Part shown: positions 1-9,666 of the stretch, piece after piece
Numbering within the stretch: position 1 is the stretch's first letter
Layout: each line of letters starts with the position of its first letter
Origin: Marispirochaeta sp.
GTDB lineage: Bacteria > Spirochaetota > Spirochaetia > JC444 > Marispirochaetaceae
Reading direction: 5' to 3'
Length of the DNA: 64,000 nucleotides
Assembly: GCA_963676835.2 (NCBI GenBank)
Contig: CAXXFF010000003.1
Span: 704,001 to 768,000 of the forward strand
The notes under the pieces: model-generated
Told to the model about the DNA's origin: nothing
Seen by the model: only the letters and a program-made list of their open reading frames with translations
Databases searched by the model: none
Program-made: the position numbers and the translations under genes

Positions 1-118
1 CTTCATTACTCCGGGCAGATATAGGATAAAGATCCTTTAAAGCTTCCGGTGAAATTAGAGGCTGGGCATCACGTATATGCAGGTCCGACAATGGATGCAT
101 GTTCTGGGGTTCTGTCAT
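1..118 (-). CDS. aroG: N-terminal fragment of class I DAHP (3-deoxy-7-phosphoheptulonate) synthase, runs off the window
   Basis: Hand translation MTEPQNMHPLSDLHIRDAQPLISPEALKDLYPISARSNE resembles the AroF/G/H N-terminus (DLRI..I..L.PP..L...P); AAGGA SD upstream; only 39 codons visible. Confidence 0.6.
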   Translation of the reverse strand, partial: MTEPQNMHPLSDLHIRDAQPLISPEALKDLYPISARSNE

Positions 119-269
119 AAAAGTTCCTTTCTGGTTTTCCTGTTAGCAGGTGAGAAAAGTATAGCCAAGTGAAGGATGTAAGACAAGCGCTCAGCTATAG
201 CATAACAGGCCAGGCTCTTTTATCCCCGTAAATGGATTGATCAAAATGTACCGGATAGGATACAAAAAG

Positions 270-1463
270 ATGATGTTCCACCGAATCTTTTCCCCTGTTG
301 TTCTGTTTGTCATAAGTGCCTTTTTGTTATCCTGTGTCAGTACCGTACCGGATCAGACGCAAACTGCAGTTTCTCTTCAGCCGGAGATCAATTCTCAACC
401 TGAGCCGGAAAAACCGGACCCCGCGGCTCTTCTGTTTAAAAGCCTTACGCCGGAGGAACAGATCGGGCAGCTTTTTATTGTCGAAGTGCGGGACCCTTCC
501 AGCGGCACTTTTCTAAAGGAGGTTACCTCCTCTTACAGTACCTGGGCACAGGAGATTCAGCCCGGGGGATTTATACTGTTCGCCGAAAACCTGCAGGATC
601 CCCTACAGACGAAAAAGCTGATCAGAGATTTGAACAGCCTTACCAGGGTTCCGCCATTTATCGCTCTGGATGAAGAGGGAGGAGTTGTGAGCCGTCTGGG
701 CAAGGTCCCGGCAATGCAGGCAACTCCTATTCCTGCAAGCAGCCGTATCGGTGCAAGCGGTGACAGCAGGGAAGCGGAAAAAGCTGCCAGAATTATTGCA
801 AAGGAACTGCGGGACCTGGGATTTTCCATCGACTTCGCCCCTGTTGCGGATGTTCATGTTCCCGGATCCGGCGGCGCAATCGGTCCGAGAAGCTACGGCA
901 CTGACCCCGAACTGGTGGCACAAATGGCATCGGCCTTCTCCCGGGGCCTTGAAGAAGAAGGCATACTCTCGGTGGCCAAACATTTTCCCGGCCACGGAGC
1001 TGCCGCGGGGGACTCCCATAATCAGAAAACAATACTGAATGCGGATATTGCGACCCTCGAAACAAGGGAACTGATTCCCTTTAAAGCCGCAGTGGAGAAC
1101 CACGTAGGGGGAATAATGCTGGGCCATATCATGGTACCGGCCCTGGAACCGCACGAACTGCCTGCAAGCCTTTCTCCCAATATAGCCACAGAGCTGTTAC
1201 GGAATAATCTGGGGTTTGAGGGGCTGATATTCACCGACTCCTTGAGAATGCGGGGGGTTACCGCCTTTTTCCGTCCCAACGAAATACCCCTGCTTGCCTT
1301 CGAAGCCGGTGCCGACATGCTGCTGATGCCGGAACAACCGATGCAGGCATGGCAGCGGATGCTGGATGCCTATCATGTTTATCATTATGTCGAAAAGGAG
1401 AGGCTGGATGCCTCCCTGGAAAGAATCCTGAAGGCGAAAAGGCAATTCCTCTCCTTTCCCTGA
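270..1463 (+). CDS. Glycoside hydrolase family 3 (NagZ-like beta-N-acetylhexosaminidase), lipoprotein
   Basis: DEEGGxVSR, FAPVADV and KHFPGHGxxxxDSH motifs; lipobox FLLSC; start moved to ATG 270 after an AGGA SD. Confidence 0.9.
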   Translation: MMFHRIFSPVVLFVISAFLLSCVSTVPDQTQTAVSLQPEINSQPEPEKPDPAALLFKSLTPEEQIGQLFIVEVRDPSSGTFLKEVTSSYSTWAQEIQPGGFILFAENLQDPLQTKKLIRDLNSLTRVPPFIALDEEGGVVSRLGKVPAMQATPIPASSRIGASGDSREAEKAARIIAKELRDLGFSIDFAPVADVHVPGSGGAIGPRSYGTDPELVAQMASAFSRGLEEEGILSVAKHFPGHGAAAGDSHNQKTILNADIATLETRELIPFKAAVENHVGGIMLGHIMVPALEPHELPASLSPNIATELLRNNLGFEGLIFTDSLRMRGVTAFFRPNEIPLLAFEAGADMLLMPEQPMQAWQRMLDAYHVYHYVEKERLDASLERILKAKRQFLSFP

Positions 1464-1524
1464 GTCCTTTTCAATCTCTCAAACTGCTCTCAAACCGTCT
1501 CTTAATGCTCCCGGAAACTTAAGC

Positions 1525-3249
1525 TCAGTCCCGGGAGTCAGCCTCTTTATCCTTATCATCATCCTTTTTCTGACCGGGATGAAGGGTATCGTAAAGAAAG
1601 CGTTTGATCTTCTGGGTCGGAGTTTTCTCAAAGGGCTCCTCCTGTTCGATTACCTTGCCGATTCGGGAAAAACTGCTGAGCTTCTCGTTTACCTTATTAC
1701 GGAGATCGGACAGATAGTCGCCTATATCATGCTGCAGGCCCGCTGCGGAATCCGCCAGGTTCTGCATCTGCTCTTTCAACCCGTCATAATTAATATGCAC
1801 CCGGGCCAGAAGCTCTCCCTGGGGAGACTGGAACACCAGGGAATCCTCAACAAAATCAAAGCTGTTAATAATCGACTCAATAGCCTCGGGGTAGATATTT
1901 TCGCCGCTGGGCCCCAGAATCATATTCTTCATTCTTCCCCGAATGTAGAGCACCTGGTCTTCATCGAACTTGCCGAGGTCACCGGTGTGAAACCAGCCGT
2001 CGGCATCGATAACCTCTGCGGTTACCTCAGGGTTCTTATAGTAGCCCTGCATAACATTGGGCCCTTTTACCAGAATCTCCCCTTCTCCGGTTTCCGCATC
2101 GGGATTATCAATTTTGACTTCTATGCCGGGAATTGCAGGCCCTGTCGATCGCGGACGGATATCCCGGTTGTTGGCACCGGCAATCAGGGGTGAGGTTTCG
2201 GTAAGACCATAGCCGATGGCATATGGGAACCGGGCTTCAATGAGAAAATCTTCCACCTCCGGCGAGAGTGCCGCACCGCCGATGCCGAAGAAGTAGAGTC
2301 TGCCGCCGAAAGCCCGCTTAAGCTTTTTTCCCGCCAGACGGTTCAGCAGCCTGCGGCCGAATCCGGTGGCGTAGAGCTTTCTCAAAACCGCCTTTTTTTT
2401 AAAAGAAGGAAGAACACTCTGCCGGTAGAGTTTCTCAATCAGCAGCGGCACAGAAAGCATCAGGTGGGGACGCACCTGCTGCAGAGCCGGCATGAGCACC
2501 GTCGCAGAGGGCGGGCGGCGCAGATAATACACGGAAACACCGTTTATAAGGGGAATGATAAATCCGATGGTACATTCGTAGGTATGTGCCAGGGGCAGGA
2601 TGGAAAGCATGGAAAACCCCGGCTGCATCTCCGCAATGGGGCTGGTATTTACCGCATCGAAGAGGATATTCCGGTTGGTAAGCATTACTCCCTTGGAATG
2701 GCCGGTAGTGCCGGAGGTATAGAGAATAACCGCAAGATCATCGGTATTACCCTGATGGGTATGACTTTCTTCCGGCAGATGTTCATATCCGGCAGTTTTC
2801 CCCGCCGCAGCTGCAGCCTTCTCGGAGAGTTCCGGAAGCAGAGAAAGGTTGTCTATCAGATACCAGGGGCAGGAAAAGTCAGCCGAGGCCTGGATCATCT
2901 TGGGGACCATTCGGGCAGAGACAAAACAGGCCGATATTTCCGCATGGGCCATAATGGTTCCCACATCCCCTGCGGGAAAATCGGGAAGCACAGGCACCGC
3001 AATTGCACCTGCCCTGTTGATTGCCAGGTATGCAATTCCCCAGTGGGGCATATTTTCAGAGAGAATACCAACCCTGTCTCCAGGATTTATCCCGTCTTTA
3101 ACCAGCTGCAAAGCAAGGCGGCCGGTAAGGGTATCGCATTCTTTGTAAGTCAATCCCTCTTCGCCGGCAAAAGCGAGTGCCGGAATATCTGTGAATCCAG
3201 GGTCAGCTTTACTGAAAATTTCAAACAGCATCTGCATTGAATCGCTCAT
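1525..3249 (-). CDS. Long-chain fatty acid-CoA ligase (AMP-binding family)
   Basis: YTSGTTGHSKG, GYGLTET, GWFHTGDLG and GENIYPE motifs. Confidence 0.9.
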   Translation of the reverse strand: MSDSMQMLFEIFSKADPGFTDIPALAFAGEEGLTYKECDTLTGRLALQLVKDGINPGDRVGILSENMPHWGIAYLAINRAGAIAVPVLPDFPAGDVGTIMAHAEISACFVSARMVPKMIQASADFSCPWYLIDNLSLLPELSEKAAAAAGKTAGYEHLPEESHTHQGNTDDLAVILYTSGTTGHSKGVMLTNRNILFDAVNTSPIAEMQPGFSMLSILPLAHTYECTIGFIIPLINGVSVYYLRRPPSATVLMPALQQVRPHLMLSVPLLIEKLYRQSVLPSFKKKAVLRKLYATGFGRRLLNRLAGKKLKRAFGGRLYFFGIGGAALSPEVEDFLIEARFPYAIGYGLTETSPLIAGANNRDIRPRSTGPAIPGIEVKIDNPDAETGEGEILVKGPNVMQGYYKNPEVTAEVIDADGWFHTGDLGKFDEDQVLYIRGRMKNMILGPSGENIYPEAIESIINSFDFVEDSLVFQSPQGELLARVHINYDGLKEQMQNLADSAAGLQHDIGDYLSDLRNKVNEKLSSFSRIGKVIEQEEPFEKTPTQKIKRFLYDTLHPGQKKDDDKDKEADSRD

Positions 3250-3258
3250 ATCACTTCC

Positions 3259-4020
3259 TTATTCCAGGGTACCAGTGACCATGCTGCTCCGGGGAACAAC
3301 GGTCCAGTTACTATCCCTGGCAGCGCTGTTGTTCAGCGCTTCTTCCACCTTTTCCGGTGTATTGTTATTGTCCGAGAGATGGCAGAGCCAGGTGTGCTCC
3401 GGCTCTCCCTGCTCCTTCAGATAGCCTAAAAAATCTGCTGCCTGAATATTTGAAAGATGCCCCTGGTCTCCGGAAATTCTCCGCTGCAGAAACGGCGGAT
3501 AGGGTCCGTTGGCCAGCATCTCCGGGTCGTAGTTGGCTTCAAGAAACAGCAGCCTGCTCTCAGATGCCAGGGAAGCCATCTCATCGCTTACTACACCTGT
3601 ATCTGTTATTACGCTAATACGAGTTCCGGCTATTGTAAAGCTGAATCCGAGAGATTTATCTGCATCGTGGGAAGTTGCGAAAGGCCGGCACTCCATCCAG
3701 GAGAAACGGTAATTTTTACCCGGGTCCATTTCATAGATTTTGGCTATTGAGCCAACCGAATCGGGAAGTTTGAGTCCCCGGGCGGTAAAGAGGGGGATTT
3801 TCAGCCTGCGGCATAAGGGGCCGACCCCTTTAAGATGATCTCCATGGGTGTGGGTAAGAAACAGACCGTCCAGCGAGGAAGGATTTATCCCGGCAGACTC
3901 CATCCGGGCAAGGACCTCCCGCAGGCTGAAACCATTATCCACCATGAAGGAACGGCCGCCGGAAGAGAAAATATACGCATTCGCGGAGGACCCGCTGCCC
4001 AGAACAGAATAGAAAAGCAT
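3259..4020 (-). CDS. MBL-fold metallohydrolase, YycJ/WalJ-like
   Basis: LGSGSSAN start, THTHGDH, SHDA, TDTG, LEANYD, GHLSN, HLSDNNN. Confidence 0.85.
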   Translation of the reverse strand: MLFYSVLGSGSSANAYIFSSGGRSFMVDNGFSLREVLARMESAGINPSSLDGLFLTHTHGDHLKGVGPLCRRLKIPLFTARGLKLPDSVGSIAKIYEMDPGKNYRFSWMECRPFATSHDADKSLGFSFTIAGTRISVITDTGVVSDEMASLASESRLLFLEANYDPEMLANGPYPPFLQRRISGDQGHLSNIQAADFLGYLKEQGEPEHTWLCHLSDNNNTPEKVEEALNNSAARDSNWTVVPRSSMVTGTLE

Positions 4021-4033
4021 AGCAGCAACAGCT

Positions 4034-4378
4034 CTATTTATCCCGCTTTATCCATTCCTGCCAGACATCCTCTGCCAGACCGACAGTGGCTTCCCTGCCG
4101 TTGCGGCACACAGGAGTCTTGAGCAGCATTGGATTCTCGAGAATCTCTTCCTGAACATCAAACTCCATATAGGCCATTCCCTTCTTTTTGTACTCAGCAC
4201 TTTCGGGATCAATCAGATTATCTTCACCCACAGCCCGGGCAATATTGCCAAGCTCTCCGGGGGATATTCCCTTCTCTTTCAGGTCTACCTGGTGAGGTGA
4301 TACGCCCCGTTCCTTGAAGAACCGGACAGCCTTCTGGGTGGATTTGCATTTTTTGGTGCCGAAAATCTGAATTGTCAT
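4034..4378 (-). CDS. ArsC/Spx/MgsR-family thioredoxin-fold protein
   Basis: IQIFGTKKCKSTQKAVRFFKERG and ENPMLLKTP; start at ATG 4378 with a GGGGTAGG SD. Confidence 0.85.
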   Translation of the reverse strand: MTIQIFGTKKCKSTQKAVRFFKERGVSPHQVDLKEKGISPGELGNIARAVGEDNLIDPESAEYKKKGMAYMEFDVQEEILENPMLLKTPVCRNGREATVGLAEDVWQEWIKRDK

Positions 4379-4585
4379 GAGCGTGCCTACCCCTGTTAAT
4401 TGAGACGAAAGGAATGCCAAGAGCATACCAGCGGTGTATGGAGAACACAAGCCCCGGAACGCAGGGAAAACTGTGATATGCCCGGTTAGTCCACGGAGAG
4501 AGGGATTATACAAAACCTTACCTATCTTGTGTTAAGTAACTGCAGCTGCTGCTTTGCAGCAATCCTGCTGCAAAACACCATTTAT

Positions 4586-4629
4586 CATTGAAAATTGCAA
4601 TTGATACTTTCAATTTTCAATGTTAATAT
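4586..4629 (+). promoter_or_regulatory. Sigma-70 promoter overlapped by a 12-bp inverted repeat, upstream of the AAA ATPase gene
   Basis: CATTGAAAATTG(4586-97)-N13-CAATTTTCAATG(4611-22); TTGATA(4601-06)-17 bp-TAATAT(4624-29) with a TGn extension. Confidence 0.7.
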
Positions 4630-4635
4630 TAAAAT

Positions 4636-5793
4636 ATGATACCAAGAACGGACTACCTTCGCAAAATACAAACTGCTATGGGAAGGGCAAAAATTACAGC
4701 TCTGCTTGGACCGAGACAGTGTGGAAAGACAACTCTGGCCAAAGAAATATCCAGAAAGGCAGGAGCACACTTTCTGGATATGGAATCTCCTGCCGATAGA
4801 GCAAAGATTCAGAATCCCGAACTGTATCTGGACTCATTGGACGGGCTGGTGATTATAGATGAAATTCAGCTGTATCCGGAACTGTTTCCTGTTTTACGGG
4901 TCGTCTCAGACAGAAAACAGTCAAATGGAACTTTTCTTATACTGGGAAGTGCTTCACCTCAACTGGTAAAGAATGCTTCTGAGTCTTTAGCTGGAAGAGT
5001 GGAATTCATCGATCTCCAGGGATTTAATCTTCTGGAAACCGGCTCTGATGAGTGGGAAAAGCTGTGGCAGAGGGGGGGGTATCCACTCTCATTTCTGGCA
5101 AAGAATGATATTGACAGTAACGCCTGGAGAGAAGGCTTTGTAAGAACCTTTTTGCAGCGGGATATCCCTCAGCTGGGAATAAACATACCTTCTGCCACCC
5201 TCAGACGATTCTGGACGATGCTGGCACACAGTCATGGCCAGATCCTGAATAAATCCCAGCTGGCGGGCTCCATGGGGATAAGCCATACAACCATTCAATC
5301 CTATATTGATATTTTGACAGCTACCTATATGATACGACCTTTACAGCCATGGTTTTCCAATATGAAAAAACGGCAAGTCAAATCCCCAAAAATCTATTTT
5401 ACTGATACAGGACTCCTTCACCATCTGCTGGGAATCAAAAACCGGGAAGATCTCCTGGGCCACCCCATTCGCGGCACATCCTGGGAAAGTTTCGCCATGG
5501 AACAGATTCTACGGAATTTTTCCATCCCGGAACCCTACTTCTGGTCAACCTTCAGTGGAGCTGAAATTGATCTGCTTATAATGGAAGGGAATAAGAGAAT
5601 CGGTATAGAATTCAAAACTTCCGAAACTCCTAAAACTACCAAATCCATGCATTCAGCTATCCGGGATCTGAATCTGGAAAAAATTTCGATCATCTATCCC
5701 GGAAAAGAGAGTTATCCCATTCATGAAAAGATAGAAGTATGTTCTTTGAATTCTTTTCTTATACAAAAGAGTCATGGCAATCAGACACCTTGA
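4636..5793 (+). CDS. AAA_14 / DUF4143 ATP-binding protein with winged helix and C-terminal PD-(D/E)xK-like domain
   Basis: GPRQCGKTT Walker A, IIDEIQ Walker B, LGSAS, RGGYP, KSPKIYFTDTGL, EIDLL...IEFK. Confidence 0.9.
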   Translation: MIPRTDYLRKIQTAMGRAKITALLGPRQCGKTTLAKEISRKAGAHFLDMESPADRAKIQNPELYLDSLDGLVIIDEIQLYPELFPVLRVVSDRKQSNGTFLILGSASPQLVKNASESLAGRVEFIDLQGFNLLETGSDEWEKLWQRGGYPLSFLAKNDIDSNAWREGFVRTFLQRDIPQLGINIPSATLRRFWTMLAHSHGQILNKSQLAGSMGISHTTIQSYIDILTATYMIRPLQPWFSNMKKRQVKSPKIYFTDTGLLHHLLGIKNREDLLGHPIRGTSWESFAMEQILRNFSIPEPYFWSTFSGAEIDLLIMEGNKRIGIEFKTSETPKTTKSMHSAIRDLNLEKISIIYPGKESYPIHEKIEVCSLNSFLIQKSHGNQTP

Positions 5794-5941
5794 AGAAGCT
5801 GTATATTAGTTCTAAAAATATCCGCGGCAAAAAATAGGTGCTTAGATCTATGGGGAGTTTTCCCCGTAAAGACCGGCAATTCTTCTTGATCCCAGCATCA
5901 ACCTGTGATATGCCTATTTAGTGCACAGAAGGAGGTCTTTC

Positions 5942-7348
5942 ATGCCCACAGTAAAAGAACTGCTCGCCGGAGAAGCCGGCAATCAGACAGTTACCCTGAA
6001 TGGCTGGGTCAGAACCAGGCGGGATTCAAAAAACCTTACTTTTCTGGCTTTAAGTGACGGATCATGCTTTTCTACTATTCAGGCAGTGTTTGACAAGGAA
6101 GGAAAAACCTACAGCACAGAAACCCTCGATGCCCTAGGGAAGGCCGGAAACGGTGCGGGAATCCAGGTTTCCGGAATTCTGACAGCATCCCCCGGAAGCG
6201 GTCAGGCGGTGGAAATACAGGCCGATTCCCTTGAGATCTACGGTGAAGCGGATCCGGAACACTACCCCCTTCAGAAAAAACGCCATTCCTTTGAATTTTT
6301 ACGCGAAATTGCCCACCTGAGGCCCCGGACAAACACCTTCGGTGCAGTTGCCCGGGTGCGGAATGCCATGAGCTTTGCAGTACACCGCTTTTTTCAGGAG
6401 AAGGGATTCCTCTATGTGCATACTCCCATTATTACCGGTGTAGATGCAGAAGGTGCAGGACAGATGTTCCGGGTAACCACCCTGCCGGCGGATAATCCCC
6501 CCAGGGATGATAAAGGTGTGGACTTTAAAGAGGATTTCTTTGCAAAACCCACCTACCTGGCGGTAACCGGCCAGCTGGAAGCGGAAACCTATGCCCTGGC
6601 TATGGGCAGCGTCTATACCTTCGGCCCTACATTCCGGGCGGAAAACTCAAATACAGCCCGGCACCTGGCGGAATTCTGGATGATAGAGCCGGAAATGGCC
6701 TTCTGCGATATCAACTGCAACATGGATGTTGCCGAGGAATTTCTCAAATATGTGATAAACGCCGTCCTCGATGAATGTGCCGAGGATATGGAGTTCTTCA
6801 ACAAATGGGTACAGAAAGATGTTATCTCCATGCTTCAGGGTGTGGTGAGCAAAGAGTTTGCCAGAACAAGCTATACCGAGGCCATGAAGGAGCTTGAAAA
6901 AGCACAGCAGTCCGGCACCGCAGGATTTGAGTTCCCTGTCTCATGGGGTGCTGATCTGCAGTCGGAACATGAGAAATTCCTTACCGAGAAGGTGTTCAAC
7001 GGCCCGGTTATTGTTACCGACTATCCCCGGGACATAAAGGCCTTCTATATGAAACAGAATGAAGATGAAAAGACAGTCCGTGCCATGGATGTTCTTGTTC
7101 CCCGTCTGGGAGAGATTATCGGCGGCTCCGAGCGAGAAGCGGACCTTTCCCGGCTGGAAACCCGCATGGATGAGCTTGGCTTGAACAAGAGTGAATACTG
7201 GTGGTATCTCGAGCTGCGCAAATACGGCAGTGTGCCTCACTCCGGATTCGGTCTCGGATTTGAACGGCTTATTCAGTATGTAACGGGTATGCAGAATATT
7301 AGGGATGTTATTCCCTATCCGAGAACCGTGCATACTGCAGATTTTTAA
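5942..7348 (+). CDS. asnS: Asparagine--tRNA ligase
   Basis: GWVRTRR OB fold, [60 protein letters not shown] before ATG 5942. Confidence 0.97.
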   Translation: MPTVKELLAGEAGNQTVTLNGWVRTRRDSKNLTFLALSDGSCFSTIQAVFDKEGKTYSTETLDALGKAGNGAGIQVSGILTASPGSGQAVEIQADSLEIYGEADPEHYPLQKKRHSFEFLREIAHLRPRTNTFGAVARVRNAMSFAVHRFFQEKGFLYVHTPIITGVDAEGAGQMFRVTTLPADNPPRDDKGVDFKEDFFAKPTYLAVTGQLEAETYALAMGSVYTFGPTFRAENSNTARHLAEFWMIEPEMAFCDINCNMDVAEEFLKYVINAVLDECAEDMEFFNKWVQKDVISMLQGVVSKEFARTSYTEAMKELEKAQQSGTAGFEFPVSWGADLQSEHEKFLTEKVFNGPVIVTDYPRDIKAFYMKQNEDEKTVRAMDVLVPRLGEIIGGSEREADLSRLETRMDELGLNKSEYWWYLELRKYGSVPHSGFGLGFERLIQYVTGMQNIRDVIPYPRTVHTADF

Positions 7349-7361
7349 GGAACGACGGTAA

Positions 7362-9662
7362 ATGAAATCCGCAGGCAGAGCTTCGCTGATCTTTAACAAA
7401 CTAAAAGGCCTACGTAAAAGGCTTCCAGGTGTAAACCCGGCGGAAAAGCAGGAAGATATTATTTCTGCAGAGTTTTCGGCCAGTGGAGAGGAAAAACAGG
7501 AAGAAGACCACCTCCGTACGCTGGGAACCTTCGGAGGGGTATTTACCCCCTCGTTTCTCACCATAATCGGGGTAATAATGTACCTCCGGTTCAGCTGGAT
7601 TATTGCCAACGGCGGTCTGTTTCATACTCTTATCATTGTAATCCTTGCCAATTGTATCACTTTTATTACCGCCCTCTCGGTTTCAAGCATCGGCTCCAAT
7701 GAACGGATGGAGACCGGAGGGGCCTATTACATGATCAACCGGGTCCTTGGGTTTCTTCCCGGCGGGGCCATCGGCATTCCTCTCTACATAAGCCAGGCCC
7801 TCTCCATTGCCCTCTATATAATCGGATTCTCGGAAACCCTGTCCGGACTCTTTCCTTCCATGGATATCCGCATAACAGCGCTGATTACTCTTGTGGTGCT
7901 CTCCCTGCTGGGTCTTGTGGGAGCCCGGTTTATGGTAAAGATTCAATACATAATCCTGAGTCTGATACTATTGAGCCTGGTCTCCATTGCCGCGGGATTT
8001 ACCGCATTTGATGTTAAAACTGCAGTGCTTCTTCCAGCCTACAGTAACGGAATCGGCTTCTGGCGGGTTTTTGCGGTGTTTTTCCCGGCGGTTACCGGAA
8101 TCCTTTCGGGTGTTTCCATGTCCGGCGACCTTAAAGACCCGGCTAAAAGTATACCCCGGGGAACCCTGGGCGCCGTTGCGGCAGGCTTTGTCATCTATCT
8201 GGCAGTTCCGGTAATGCTGGCTTTCTCGGTAACAAGAAACGACCTCTATTCCGCAGAAGCCCTGACCAACGCCTCCCGCTGGCCCATGTTCGTGGTATTG
8301 GGAATCTTCGGTGCAACCTTAAGCAGCGCCATCGGTTCCCTTATGGCAGCCCCCCGAACTCTTCAGGCTCTCGGGCGGGATAAGGTACTTCCTGGCTTTC
8401 TCGGATTCGGTGTGGGAAAAACCGGAGAACCGCTGCCTGCTCTGCTGATCTCGGTGGCCATAGCCATGGCGGCAATCTTCGCCGGAAGCCTGAACGCCGT
8501 AGCCGAAGTTCTGACCATGTTCTTTCTCACCACCTACGGTGTACTGAATCTATCCGCCGGAATGGAGCGGCTGGTGGGGAACCCCTCTTTCAGGCCTTCC
8601 ATCAAAATCCCGTGGTGGATAAGTTTTCTGGGTGCCGCCGGCTGTTTCGGTGTAATGTTTCTTATCAACCTGGCGGCAACTGTGGTTGCCCTGCTTCTGG
8701 TTGCTGCAATCTTTTTTCTGCTGAGCCTGCGGGCATCAAAGGTTGAACCCGGAAATCAGGGAGTCTGGGAAGGGTTCTGGACAGGCATGTTTTTTGCAGT
8801 CTCCCATATGCTTGAGAAAACCCGCAGCCATTCGGGAAAAAACTGGCGCCCCATTATTCAGGTTTTTGCTTCAGAGGTTGGCTCCCATGCGGGAATGATA
8901 TCCCTGGGCTCCCTCATAACAAAGCGCAGCGGTGCCCTTGCCCTTTATGCAATCCTTCCTCAAGGATTGCCGGAGGAGAAAGAAGAGGTGCGCCACGAGC
9001 TGGAGTCTTTTTCAACCACCCTGAATCAGCGGAATATCTTCACCACCATGGTGGAAACACCGTCAATTTTCACGGGGATACTGGTCGCATCCCAGGCGGC
9101 AGCCTTTGCAGGAAGCAGCTATAACACGGTTATGATCGGACTGCCTACAGCCGCAAGCAGGCAGGATAAGGAATACACCACCATTCTCACCGGTCTCTGT
9201 GCCCTGGAAAAGAATGTGCTCCTCTTTAAACGGGGAGATATTGCCTGGAATCTGAGTACCGACCCTATCCTGGTATGGTGGGGCGGCCAGGAGCAGAATG
9301 TACGGCTTATGCTGTTTCTGGCTCACCTTATTCAGACCAATTCTCCCCATGCAAACCAGATCCGTCTGGGAACCATTGTTCAGTCCGACGAAGAGCGCTC
9401 AGCTGCAGAAGAAAAGCTGAAAGCCACCCTCAAGGAGCTGCGTATTCCCGGAGAAGTATTTGTGGTTACCGGCTCTGAAGAGGTGGAAATAAAGGATACC
9501 ATCGCGGAACATTCACGGCAGTTTTCACTGGTGATGCTGGGTATGGCAAAGCCTTCGGAAGAGAAGAGCGGAACCTATCTGCCCGCCCTTCGTTCCACCG
9601 GAGAAAATCTGGGAAACACCCTGTTTGTTCTCAGCAATATACCGGAGCAGGAGTACGAGTAG
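7362..9662 (+). CDS. APC-superfamily permease, SLC12/cation-chloride cotransporter-like, with large cytoplasmic C-terminal domain
   Basis: GTFGGVFTPSFLTIIGVIMYLR, GGAYYMI, FAVFFPAVTGILSGVSMSGDLKDP, APRTLQALGRD, KNWRP, WWGG. Confidence 0.85.
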   Translation: MKSAGRASLIFNKLKGLRKRLPGVNPAEKQEDIISAEFSASGEEKQEEDHLRTLGTFGGVFTPSFLTIIGVIMYLRFSWIIANGGLFHTLIIVILANCITFITALSVSSIGSNERMETGGAYYMINRVLGFLPGGAIGIPLYISQALSIALYIIGFSETLSGLFPSMDIRITALITLVVLSLLGLVGARFMVKIQYIILSLILLSLVSIAAGFTAFDVKTAVLLPAYSNGIGFWRVFAVFFPAVTGILSGVSMSGDLKDPAKSIPRGTLGAVAAGFVIYLAVPVMLAFSVTRNDLYSAEALTNASRWPMFVVLGIFGATLSSAIGSLMAAPRTLQALGRDKVLPGFLGFGVGKTGEPLPALLISVAIAMAAIFAGSLNAVAEVLTMFFLTTYGVLNLSAGMERLVGNPSFRPSIKIPWWISFLGAAGCFGVMFLINLAATVVALLLVAAIFFLLSLRASKVEPGNQGVWEGFWTGMFFAVSHMLEKTRSHSGKNWRPIIQVFASEVGSHAGMISLGSLITKRSGALALYAILPQGLPEEKEEVRHELESFSTTLNQRNIFTTMVETPSIFTGILVASQAAAFAGSSYNTVMIGLPTAASRQDKEYTTILTGLCALEKNVLLFKRGDIAWNLSTDPILVWWGGQEQNVRLMLFLAHLIQTNSPHANQIRLGTIVQSDEERSAAEEKLKATLKELRIPGEVFVVTGSEEVEIKDTIAEHSRQFSLVMLGMAKPSEEKSGTYLPALRSTGENLGNTLFVLSNIPEQEYE

Positions 9663-9666
9663 AAAC

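Noticed and set aside
4034..4378. Arsenic resistance locus
   Set aside because: Single Spx/MgsR/YffB-like gene with no arsR, arsB or acr3
5794..5941. T-box leader before asnS
   Set aside because: Too short, and no AGGGTGGNACCGCG T-box motif
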